Source: Dehalococcoidia bacterium (GTDB lineage Bacteria; Chloroflexota; Dehalococcoidia; GIF9; AB-539-J10). From it: 64,000 bases of DNA. The translations under genes were made by a program, and so were the position numbers. The DNA lies in assembly GCA_003552465.1 (NCBI GenBank), contig PULQ01000060.1, positions 108-64,107 on the forward strand, given 5' to 3'. Each line of letters begins with the position of its first letter. The stretch's first letter is position 1. Shown one piece after another: positions 1 through 7,893 of this stretch. Below the pieces are notes generated by a model. It had not been told where the DNA came from and did no database searches. It saw only the letters and a list, made by a program, of their open reading frames with translations.

Positions 1-81
1 TCCCCTTGATTCGTTTCTCGAAAGAAGCTCGTCCTCCCCAACTCCCCGCTTCTCAATCGCAGACGGCCTCTGCCCCCACTC

Positions 82-122
82 GTCGTTGCGGGTCCCGACC
101 CGTCGGGACGACGCAGCAATCC
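82..122. repeat. REP-like palindromic element (GTCRTTGCG...GCAATC type with internal CCCGAC/GTCGGG palindrome)
   Basis: gtcgttgcgggtcccgacccgtcgggacgacgcagcaatcc; related copy at 2272-2315 and a weaker one near 6408-6440. Confidence 0.6.
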
Positions 123-167
123 CGTGATGCCCCAGAGGACCCCGAGTCGTATCATCCCCAGCGCTCT

Positions 168-204
168 GTCGCTCTGAGTCCCGATGCAATCGTGCGAAGA
201 ATCT
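168..204. repeat. REP-like element (CTGAG...GAAGAATCT type) abutting the LRR1 stop codon
   Basis: ctgagtcccgatgcaatcgtgcgaagaatct; related copies at 2380-2417 and about 5036-5065. Confidence 0.6.
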
Positions 205-1428
205 TCAGTACTCGACAGTCACACCCCTCGCTTGCAGCGCGGGTATGTACTCGTTGATGGACTGCTCACTCAGTGGATTATCTCTCAGGTTGACCTCGTC
301 TCCGCTGCCCAGTCCGTGGTTACCCACCAGCGGCGAGATGTCGCTTAGCTGATTACCATAGAGGTGGAGCCACGTCAGGTTGGTGAGTCCCTTCAGCGGC
401 GAGATGTCGCCTATCTGGTTAGAGGAAAGCCCGAGATGAGTCAGGTTGGTGAGTCCCTTAAGCGGCGAGATGTCACTTACCTCGTTAGATGAAAGGTAGA
501 GGCGAGCCAGGTCGGGTAGCCCCGCTAGAGGCGAGATGTCGCTTATCTCGTTATCATCAAGGGAGGACTGTACCAGGCTGGTGACGCTGGCCAGCGGCGA
601 GACGTCGCTTATCTGGTTGTTCCGCACGTTGAGAAAAGACAGGTCGGTGAGGTTGGCCAGGGCCGAGATGTCGCTTATCTGGTTCGACTGAAGGTAGAGC
701 CATCTCAGGTTGGTGAGTCCCTCCAGCGGCGAGATATCAGTTATCTCGTTAGCCGAAAGCCAGAGGTTAGTCAGGTTGGTGAGGCTGGCCAGGGGCGAGA
801 TGTCGCTTATCTGGTTACTATAGATTAAGAGCCTGGTCAGGTTGGTGAGGCTGGCCAGGGGCGAGATGTCGCTTATCTCGTTACCATAGAGGTAGAGCCA
901 TCTCAGGTTGGTGAGTCCCTCCAGCGGAGAGATATCGCTTATCTGGTTAGCCGAAAGCCAGAGATTAGTCAGGTTGGTGAGTCCCTCCAGGGGCGAGATG
1001 TCGCTTATCTGGTTAGCCGAAAGCCAGAGATGGGTCAAGTCGGCGAGGCTCGCGACGGGCATGATGTCGCTTATCTGGTTGTCCCGAAGATTGAGGGAAG
1101 TCAGACTGGTGAGGCCGGCCAGCGGCGAGATGTCGCTTATCTGGTTATGGCTCAACCCGAGCTGCGTCAAGCCGGTTGCGTATTCCAGGCCAGTCAGATC
1201 GGAGATGTTCCTTTCCTCAGCAGTAAGGGTGGTTAGCCGCGCCAGGTCTTCGCGGTAGATGGGGTCCTCTGGTATGCCGATCGCTTGTCTCACCACTGCC
1301 TCCAGATCGGAGTCGGCGAACACCACACCTGCATCCTGCCTTGTCGGGGTTCCTGCGACCACTACCACCACGGCAACCACTACAATCACGCACGATACAA
1401 TGATTCCTATCAGCTTCTTCTTGTTCAT
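205..1428 (-). CDS. Internalin-like leucine-rich-repeat surface protein (LRR1), N-terminal membrane anchor, 14 LRRs
   Basis: 22-aa repeats LxGLTNLxxLxLxxNQISDISP; N-cap FADSDLEAVVRQAIG; C-cap NPLSEQSINEYIPALQARGVTVEY; hydrophobic N-terminus. Confidence 0.92.
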   Translation of the reverse strand: MNKKKLIGIIVSCVIVVVAVVVVVAGTPTRQDAGVVFADSDLEAVVRQAIGIPEDPIYREDLARLTTLTAEERNISDLTGLEYATGLTQLGLSHNQISDISPLAGLTSLTSLNLRDNQISDIMPVASLADLTHLWLSANQISDISPLEGLTNLTNLWLSANQISDISPLEGLTNLRWLYLYGNEISDISPLASLTNLTRLLIYSNQISDISPLASLTNLTNLWLSANEITDISPLEGLTNLRWLYLQSNQISDISALANLTDLSFLNVRNNQISDVSPLASVTSLVQSSLDDNEISDISPLAGLPDLARLYLSSNEVSDISPLKGLTNLTHLGLSSNQIGDISPLKGLTNLTWLHLYGNQLSDISPLVGNHGLGSGDEVNLRDNPLSEQSINEYIPALQARGVTVEY

Positions 1429-1528
1429 ATCCTGCTCGTCTCAGACATGTTTGCGATACCTGTACCATATGATAACTGACGAAAACTGTCAACTGTCGGG
1501 TGTGGGGGTGTACAATCTTAAGCGTGAT

Positions 1529-2074
1529 GGTTCTCTCAGGGGTGACGGGAGGGAGGCTCTGGATAAGGTGCGGACCAGGCTGCAAAGCAAAGAAAGCAAG
1601 CAAGGGCAGGAGAGGTCTTCTCTTTCATAATCGATGTATTCTAATGAGTAAAGCCGAAAGGTTGAGTCCTGAGGAGCAGGTGAAGCTAACTCGCTTGTTC
1701 AACTCGTATCCTGAACTGGCCGTAGCACGGAGTCGAAAGGAGTTTCCGAGAGAGTGGTATACAAGCTCACGTCGCGCTGGAGCAAAGGCTACGCCTCTTG
1801 ACATAGAAGAGTCTGGTTGCAGGGCCGGCCTCAGAGAGTTCGGAATCGGCTTCTCATGTTCAAGAACCGTAGAAATGAGGTTCTCAACTACTTCGACCAT
1901 CATGCGACCAAATGGTTCGTGGAGGGGATGAACAACCGGACAATAGTCATCATACGCATGGCTTAGGGATACCGCGACATCGATAATCCTGCCAGGAGGA
2001 GGCTTCTCACCAGCAATGAACTGGCCATCGGCACCAGATCTTCGGGAGGGTTTCACTCATGTCTGTGAAGAACC
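1529..2074 (+). mobile_element. Degenerate ISL3-family insertion sequence remnant (frameshifted, truncated transposase)
   Basis: Fragments in shifting frames: ALDKVRTRLQ, LSPEEQVKLTRLFNSYPELAVA, NEVLNYFDHHATKWFVEGMNNRTIVIIRMA*GYRDIDN (ISL3 C-terminal EGxNNxIKxxxRxAYGYR-like motif); ends in GAAGAACC like ISL3 right ends; left boundary uncertain. Confidence 0.75.
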
Positions 2075-2271
2075 ATTCGGTCAACCCAGTGGCCGTCTGA
2101 AGCCTGTCCGGCCAGGTTCACTGGCAAGGTCACCCGCGGAGTCAACCTGGTGATCCAACGCCACCCCAGGGCCGCGGGGCCCCGCCAGGGACTTGCGGTC
2201 GTAGGAAGGTTCCCAAAGGTCACCGGTGGGGTCCGCACACGCCTTCTGCGCATGCCCGCGCCGCCTCACAC

Positions 2272-2315
2272 GTCATTGCAAGGAGCCCCGACCTGTTGGG
2301 GCGACGCGGCAATCT
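2272..2315. repeat. REP-like palindromic element
   Basis: gtcattgcaaggagccccgacctgttggggcgacgcggcaatct with internal ccccgac/gttgggg hairpin. Confidence 0.65.
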
Positions 2316-2379
2316 GGTGGCCTCCATACCACACCATTCCTGCACCGTTGAGGTCTGGGGACAAAGCCCACAGCACACT

Positions 2380-2417
2380 GCCATTCTGAGTCCCGATCCA
2401 ATCGGGAGGAAGAATCT
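2380..2417. repeat. REP-like element abutting the LRR2 stop codon
   Basis: gccattctgagtcccgatccaatcgggaggaagaatct with tcccgat/atcggga hairpin. Confidence 0.65.
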
Positions 2418-3916
2418 CAGTAGTCTACAGTCACACCCCTCGCCTGGAGCGCAGGTATGTACTCATTGATGGACTGCTCACTCAACGGATTCCCGCTCAG
2501 CCACACTTCATCTCCCTCTCCCAGTCCGGTGTTGTCCACCAGCGGCTTGATATCGCTTATCTCATTATCCTGTAGGTAGAGCCGGTTCAGGTCTGTCAGG
2601 ACCTCCAGGGGCTTGATATCGCTTATCTGATTATCGCCAAGGTGCAGCCCCTTAATGTCGACGAGGCCTGCCAGGGGTGAGATGTCGCTTATCTGGTTGC
2701 TTTCCAGGCTTAGCGCCCACAGGCCGGTGAGGCCTGCGAGAGGCGAGATGTCGCTTATCTGGTTACTGCCGGCCTCCAGGTACATCAGGCTGGTCAGGCC
2801 CTCGAGCGGCTTGATATCGCTTATCTGGTTGTCGTCAAGGCGTAGCAGGGACAGCTCTGTCAGTCCCTCAAGGGGCGATATGTCGACAATCTGGTTAGAA
2901 TAGAGGCCGAGCGTTTGCAGGTTGGTGAGGTCCGCCAGAGGCGAGATGTCGCTCACCTGGTTTTCCATAAGGGTGAGTATGGCAAGGTTGGTGAGGCCCG
3001 CCAGAGGCGAGATGTCGCCTATCTGGTTATCAAAAAGGTGGAGATCTGTTAGGTCGATGAGCCCGGCAAGGGGCGAGACGTCGGCTATCTGGTTACCCGT
3101 AAGGTAGAGGACAGTCAGGCTGGTGAGCCCGGCAAGGTGCGAGATATCGGTTATGAGGTTATCGTGAAGCGCGAGATCAGTCAGGCCGGTTGCGTATTCC
3201 AGGCCGGTAAGGTCGGAGATTCCCTTCTCCCAGGCATTGAGAGAGGTAAGCCCCTGCATGTCTGAAGGGTAGATGTCACCCTCGGGTATGCCTATGGCCT
3301 GCCTCACCGCTGCCTCAAGGTTGTCGCACACGAACACAACGGGCTCTTCTGCCTCGAAGTTGGCATTGATGTAGTAGTCGCCGCTTATGGTGATGGTCGT
3401 TGATGCAGCGTTCACGTCGGCCACGGTACCCACATCCTCACTCCAGTTGACAAAGCGGTAGCCTTCGAGGGCCTGTGCTGCTAGCTGAACCACCTCGCCA
3501 GCATGAAAGCTGAATGTCCCCTCGCCGGGCGTGGTTACCGAGCCACCGTTTGTGCTCGATATAGTGAGAAGGTACAGAACATCCGAAATCTGCTCGAATA
3601 TGGCGGTAATGGAGTAGTCGCCGTCCATCGCGATCCGCGTTGTGGCTGCCTGTATATCGTCAATGGTGCTCACGTCGCCTGTCCATTCCACAAACCGGTG
3701 GCCCTCCTCCGCAACCGCCACCAGGTTGACCATCCGGCCAGAGCGGCATTCGTATCTCCCCTCTCCCGGCATAGTCACCTCACCGCCGGCCGTGCTGTCT
3801 ATCGTGAGGAAGTGAGTAGCATCGCATCCAACTACCCCTGCGATCAGGAACCCGCTAACCAGGATGGCGAGCACCTTCAACCCAATGCGTCTCCTCGATT
3901 CAGTCATCGTCCTCAT
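2417..3916 (-). CDS. LRR lipoprotein (LRR2) with two InlB B-repeat-like domains followed by 11 LRRs
   Basis: Lipobox VVGC; two repeats LTIxSTxGGxVTxPGEG...YRFVxWxxDV; internalin-type LRRs; same C-cap as the paralogs. Confidence 0.92.
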   Translation of the reverse strand: MRTMTESRRRIGLKVLAILVSGFLIAGVVGCDATHFLTIDSTAGGEVTMPGEGRYECRSGRMVNLVAVAEEGHRFVEWTGDVSTIDDIQAATTRIAMDGDYSITAIFEQISDVLYLLTISSTNGGSVTTPGEGTFSFHAGEVVQLAAQALEGYRFVNWSEDVGTVADVNAASTTITISGDYYINANFEAEEPVVFVCDNLEAAVRQAIGIPEGDIYPSDMQGLTSLNAWEKGISDLTGLEYATGLTDLALHDNLITDISHLAGLTSLTVLYLTGNQIADVSPLAGLIDLTDLHLFDNQIGDISPLAGLTNLAILTLMENQVSDISPLADLTNLQTLGLYSNQIVDISPLEGLTELSLLRLDDNQISDIKPLEGLTSLMYLEAGSNQISDISPLAGLTGLWALSLESNQISDISPLAGLVDIKGLHLGDNQISDIKPLEVLTDLNRLYLQDNEISDIKPLVDNTGLGEGDEVWLSGNPLSEQSINEYIPALQARGVTVDY

Positions 3917-3934
3917 TTCGCACCTCCAACTTCC

Positions 3935-3962
3935 ATTCTATCAGCACCGACTGGATTGTCAA
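3935..3962 (-). promoter_or_regulatory. Sigma70-type promoter of LRR2
   Basis: TTGACA-16nt-TAGAAT followed by a GGAGG RBS; homologous to the LRR3 and LRR4 upstream regions. Confidence 0.65.
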
Positions 3963-4157
3963 AACCTCGTTCCAGTCCAACCAGTTGTAATAGTGAGCCT
4001 GTCCAACTAGATTCGCCGGCAATCTCGTCGTGCCCAATACCATACCGTACCACCCAAAAAGGGACTTCACGGGCGTCAAACAGCAGCATCAGCAGGCAGA
4101 CAGTGATATGCCAACGCCACGAAAGCCACCGATACATTGGCTCCTAGAGAGGATGAC

Positions 4158-4655
4158 CTAGTCCTGAGACCGTATGCGTAGATACTCGAATAAGGGGACT
4201 ATCTTGGAGACCAACTTCGTATCATGAGTAACTTCATGTCCCCAACTCCAGTTGCTGTCGTAATGGAAGTCGACTGACATCTCAACGGCTTCTTCTTCCC
4301 CAGGCTTCAGTTGAAGGACAAAATGCTCCGCCTCTTGTCTCTCACCAAGAGTGAACGTAATCCTGACCTCGAATGTTCCCTGAACGGTATCGGTATTCCT
4401 CAGATTCACATGCCCGACAGGGTTAAACTCAGGAATACTATATAGTAGATCCAGTGCTTCCTGTATTCTGGCCGGGTCTGTCTCCGCAGCTATGGTGTTC
4501 AATATCATGCTGCGTAGGGCTCTGTTGTCTGATTTCTCTACGTGAAACTGTATCTCATAACTCCACGGCTCTGTATCTTGGACTTCCATCATCGGGACGA
4601 AGACAACAACAAGAGCTATGAAGACAGCAACAAGAATACCTACTACTATCTTCAT
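4158..4655 (-). CDS. Hypothetical membrane-anchored protein
   Basis: ORF with N-terminal TM (MKIVVGILVAVFIALVVVFVP), beta-rich body, C-terminal VPLFEYL; lower GC than neighbours. Confidence 0.7.
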   Translation of the reverse strand: MKIVVGILVAVFIALVVVFVPMMEVQDTEPWSYEIQFHVEKSDNRALRSMILNTIAAETDPARIQEALDLLYSIPEFNPVGHVNLRNTDTVQGTFEVRITFTLGERQEAEHFVLQLKPGEEEAVEMSVDFHYDSNWSWGHEVTHDTKLVSKIVPLFEYLRIRSQD

Positions 4656-4666
4656 TCTGATCCCCT

Positions 4667-4822
4667 TCACCCAAATGGACGATCAAACACGGTGACTCCC
4701 TTGCAGTGGGTCTCCTCTCTTTCCTTCATTACATTTAGTTCGCTTTCCACCTGCCGGTACCTGGTTACCGTTAGTTCCTTCTCGACTTCCTTTGCTGGTT
4801 CGACAATAGCATAACACCACTC
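4667..4822 (-). pseudogene. 3' remnant of a gene resembling the adjacent hypothetical protein
   Basis: Frame reads EWCYAIVEPAKEVEKELTVTRYRQVESELNVMKEREETHCKGVTVFDRPFG*; no start; its W...VTVFD layout parallels the neighbour's C-terminus. Confidence 0.45.
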
Positions 4823-4990
4823 CAGATCCTCGTTGCCACCAACGTCGGCCAGGAGCTCCTCTACGTCGTCGAGGTCACCGACAGCCGGGCCGGCATCGAT
4901 GCAGAACGAATGAGGGTCAGGAACATCCTCACCGAGTTCAGCCGGCGCATCGGCCGGTTCGAGCAGACCATCATCCTGGGCGCACCTTGA
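4820..4990 (+). pseudogene. 3' remnant of an unknown gene
   Basis: Start-less frame LQILVATNVGQELLYVVEVTDSRAGIDAERMRVRNILTEFSRRIGRFEQTIILGAP* with strong third-position GC bias. Confidence 0.45.
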
Positions 4991-5064
4991 CCCGTGTAGT
5001 CATGGGAGAGCACAGGGCCTTCCCCTACATCTATGTGCGGCTCGACCCGTCGGGACGCAGAATC

Positions 5065-6096
5065 TCAGTACTCGACAGTTACACCCCTCGCCTGAAGCGC
5101 AGGTATGTACTCATTGATGGACTGTTCACTCAACGGATTCCACCTCAGATCCACATAGTCTCCTCCACCCATCCCGGCATTATCCACCAGCGGCGAGATG
5201 TCGCTGATCTGGTTATGGTCAAGCAAGAGTCGCGTCAGGTCGGTCAGTTCTGCCAGAGGCGAGATGTCGCTGATCTGGTTATGCCCAAGGAAGAGCCAGC
5301 TCAGGTCGGTCAGTCCCTCAAGGGGCGAGATGTCGACAATCTGGTTAGAATGAAGGCCGAGCGTTTTCAGGTTGGTGAGGCCCTGCAGGGGCGAGACTTC
5401 GCTTATCTGGTTCTCACTGAGGTCGAGCATCGTCAGGTTGGTCAGGCCCTGCAGGGGCGACACGTCGCTGATCTGGTTCTCAATGAGGTTGAGCCGGGTC
5501 AGGTTGGTGAGGCCGGCCAGCGCTGAGATGTCGCTTATCTCGTTAGCTCCCAAGTAGACCCATGTCAGGCTGACGAGATGGCCTAGGGGTGTGATATCCC
5601 TTATCATCGGGTTCCACCCAAGCCAGAGATCATTCAGGCTGGTGAGGCTGGCCAACGGTGAGATGTCACTTATCTGGTTCAGAGAGAGGGACAGATCACT
5701 CAGGCTGGTGAGGCCGGCCAACGGCGAGATGTCGCCTATCTGGTTACTATCGAGAGCGAGCCATGTGAGGTTGGTGAGTCCAGAGAGGGGAGCGATGTCG
5801 CTTATCTGGTTACCTCCAAGGCCGAGGTCAGTCAGGCTGGTTGCATACTCCAGGCCGGTGAGGTTGGCGATACCCCTTCCATGAGCAAAGAGATGGGTGA
5901 GTCCCTCCAGGTCTTGAGGGTAGATGGCACCCTCAGGCTTGCCAATCGCCTCCCTAATCGCAGCCTCGAGATTGGGGTCCGGAAACGTAACAGCCTCCGG
6001 CCCGCATCCGACCAACGCAGCCACCAGGCCCGCGATAACCAGGGTCGCAAGCACCATTAACCCAGTACGTCTCCTCGATTCAGCCATAGTCCTCAT
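5065..6096 (-). CDS. LRR lipoprotein (LRR3), 11 LRRs
   Basis: Lipobox LVGC; N-cap VTFPDPNLEAAIREAIGKP; internalin-type LRRs; shared C-cap. Confidence 0.92.
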   Translation of the reverse strand: MRTMAESRRRTGLMVLATLVIAGLVAALVGCGPEAVTFPDPNLEAAIREAIGKPEGAIYPQDLEGLTHLFAHGRGIANLTGLEYATSLTDLGLGGNQISDIAPLSGLTNLTWLALDSNQIGDISPLAGLTSLSDLSLSLNQISDISPLASLTSLNDLWLGWNPMIRDITPLGHLVSLTWVYLGANEISDISALAGLTNLTRLNLIENQISDVSPLQGLTNLTMLDLSENQISEVSPLQGLTNLKTLGLHSNQIVDISPLEGLTDLSWLFLGHNQISDISPLAELTDLTRLLLDHNQISDISPLVDNAGMGGGDYVDLRWNPLSEQSINEYIPALQARGVTVEY

Positions 6097-6114
6097 GTCT
6101 TACCTCCAACTTCC

Positions 6115-6142
6115 ATTGTATCACCCGCGACTGCATTGTCAA
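6115..6142 (-). promoter_or_regulatory. Sigma70-type promoter of LRR3
   Basis: TTGACA-16nt-TACAAT, GGAGG RBS downstream. Confidence 0.65.
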
Positions 6143-6519
6143 TGCCTCGCTTCAGTCATACCCGCTCCCGTCAACCCCGTTGCCAGAGTTGCGCTGCCCA
6201 GACAGGTTCACCGGCAATGTCACTAACGGAGTTAGCCGGGTTGGTAAACACCACCCCACGTCCGGGGGGGCCGGCAGTGACTTGCTGGTGCAGTCAGGCT
6301 CCCTGTAGATCACCCGTGGGATCCGCGCACGCGTTGTCGGCATACGCGTGTGATGTAGTGAGCAGGGTGCGCGCCGCAGCACGGCCTCGGAGCCCAAACG
6401 TCAGACGCCACTGGCAGGTTCGGAGCGCCGCGGCAATCCTGTAGTGCCCCACTAGCCATGGCCAGGAGCACCAGCGTGTAGGGACTAAGGAATCTCGCTA
6501 ACCAGCAACGAGTCCGGTT

Positions 6520-7596
6520 CTAGTAAAGAGCATTCACCCCCCTCGCCCGGAGAGCCGGTATGTACTCGTTGACAGACTCCTCGCTCAATGGATTCCCGCT
6601 AAGCAGAATGCCATCACCTTCGCCCAGTCCCTCATTCTCCACCAGGGTGGCTATGTCGCTGACCTGGTTGTAGCTAAGGTCGAGATGTATCTTCACCCCT
6701 TCTATCACTCTGAGATAGTGTGTTGCCAAGAACTCTCCAATCCTTGTCAGTTGGGAAAGGGGAGACAAATCCGCGACGTTGTTGTGACTGAGATAGAGCA
6801 CACGGAGGTCGGTCAGGTTTGCCAGTACTCCGATGTCGCTTATCTCATTGCCATCAAGCAGTAGCCTGCGGAGGTTGGTCAGGTTTGCCAGGGGCCCTAT
6901 ATCGCCCACCTCGTTAGAATTGAGGTACAGCGTCCGCATCTCCACAAGCCCTGCTAGTGGACTGGTGTCGCATATCTGGTTGTTGTCAAGTTCCAGCCAG
7001 ACCAACTCTGTTAGACCCTCCAGCGCCGAAATGTCGCTTATCCGGTTCGCCCCGATGTTCAGAAGCTCGAGTTGTGTGAGGCCTGCTAGCGGCGCAACGT
7101 CGTTTATCTCATTGAGTTGAAGGTCGAGGAGAGTCAGGTTGGTAAGGCCGGCCAGAGGCGAGATGCTGCCAATCTGGTTATCCGCAAGGTCAAGCCAGTC
7201 CAGGTTGGTGAGGCCCTGCAGGGGCGAGACTTCGCTTATCTGGTTCCGGCGAAGGCGGAGGTCAGTCAGGTTGGTGAGGCCGGCAAGCGGCGAGATGTCG
7301 CTTATGAGGTTATCGCTAAGCACGAGAAAAGTCAGGCCTGTTGCGTATTCCAGGCCGGTGAGGTCGGCGATATTCCTTTCATCGGCGCGAAGATGGGTAA
7401 GCCCCTCAATGTCTGCAGGGTAGATCTCACCCTCAGGCTTGTCAATCGCCTCCCTTACTGCCGCCTCAAGACCGGGGTCTGGAAACGTCACAGACTCCGG
7501 CTCGCATCCCACCATAGTTCCGATCACGGTCGCGATAATCAGGATCGCAAGCGCCTTCGCGCGAAAAGGTTTGGTTGAATCTGCCATCGTCTTCAT
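6520..7596 (-). CDS. LRR lipoprotein (LRR4), 11 LRRs with an island insertion in the last repeat
   Basis: Lipobox MVGC; N-cap VTFPDPGLEAAVREAIDKP; C-cap NPLSEESVNEYIPALRARGV. Confidence 0.92.
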   Translation of the reverse strand: MKTMADSTKPFRAKALAILIIATVIGTMVGCEPESVTFPDPGLEAAVREAIDKPEGEIYPADIEGLTHLRADERNIADLTGLEYATGLTFLVLSDNLISDISPLAGLTNLTDLRLRRNQISEVSPLQGLTNLDWLDLADNQIGSISPLAGLTNLTLLDLQLNEINDVAPLAGLTQLELLNIGANRISDISALEGLTELVWLELDNNQICDTSPLAGLVEMRTLYLNSNEVGDIGPLANLTNLRRLLLDGNEISDIGVLANLTDLRVLYLSHNNVADLSPLSQLTRIGEFLATHYLRVIEGVKIHLDLSYNQVSDIATLVENEGLGEGDGILLSGNPLSEESVNEYIPALRARGVNALY

Positions 7597-7614
7597 GCCT
7601 CACCTCCTACTCTC

Positions 7615-7642
7615 ATTCTACCAACACCGACCGGATTGTCAA
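7615..7642 (-). promoter_or_regulatory. Sigma70-type promoter of LRR4
   Basis: TTGACA-16nt-TAGAAT, AGGAGG RBS downstream. Confidence 0.65.
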
Positions 7643-7893
7643 CGCCTCGGTCCCGTCAACTGAACACAGTCATCTGACTGTGGCAACCGCTCACTCAAGG
7701 GTTTAGCCTGCAGCCTGACTGCCTCCATCTATCTGCGTCCTTCGTCCTGTGTCCGCGGGAGTATATCCTTTATGTGTTGTTGAGGGGGCTCAGGGTCCGG
7801 CTGATGAGTGCGGTGCTCTTGTCGTCTTGGGGATCCGGGCCGGTTGCCTTACGCGATATGTCGTTGGGGTGGGGGCCTGCCCCGGCCTGGGGG

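Noticed and set aside
205..7400. 66-bp periodic conserved/variable pattern resembling a CRISPR array
   Set aside because: The period is exactly 22 codons within open LRR frames, the repeats are degenerate, and no cas genes are present
908..7423. Plus-strand ORFs with repeating RGEMSLIWL motifs
   Set aside because: Antisense shadows of the LRR repeats
205..7596. Diversity-generating retroelement acting on the LRR genes
   Set aside because: No reverse transcriptase in the window, and I found no template/variable pair differing only at adenines; a remote DGR cannot be excluded
7795..7860. CTGATGAG hammerhead-ribozyme-like core
   Set aside because: No downstream GAAA and no compatible stems
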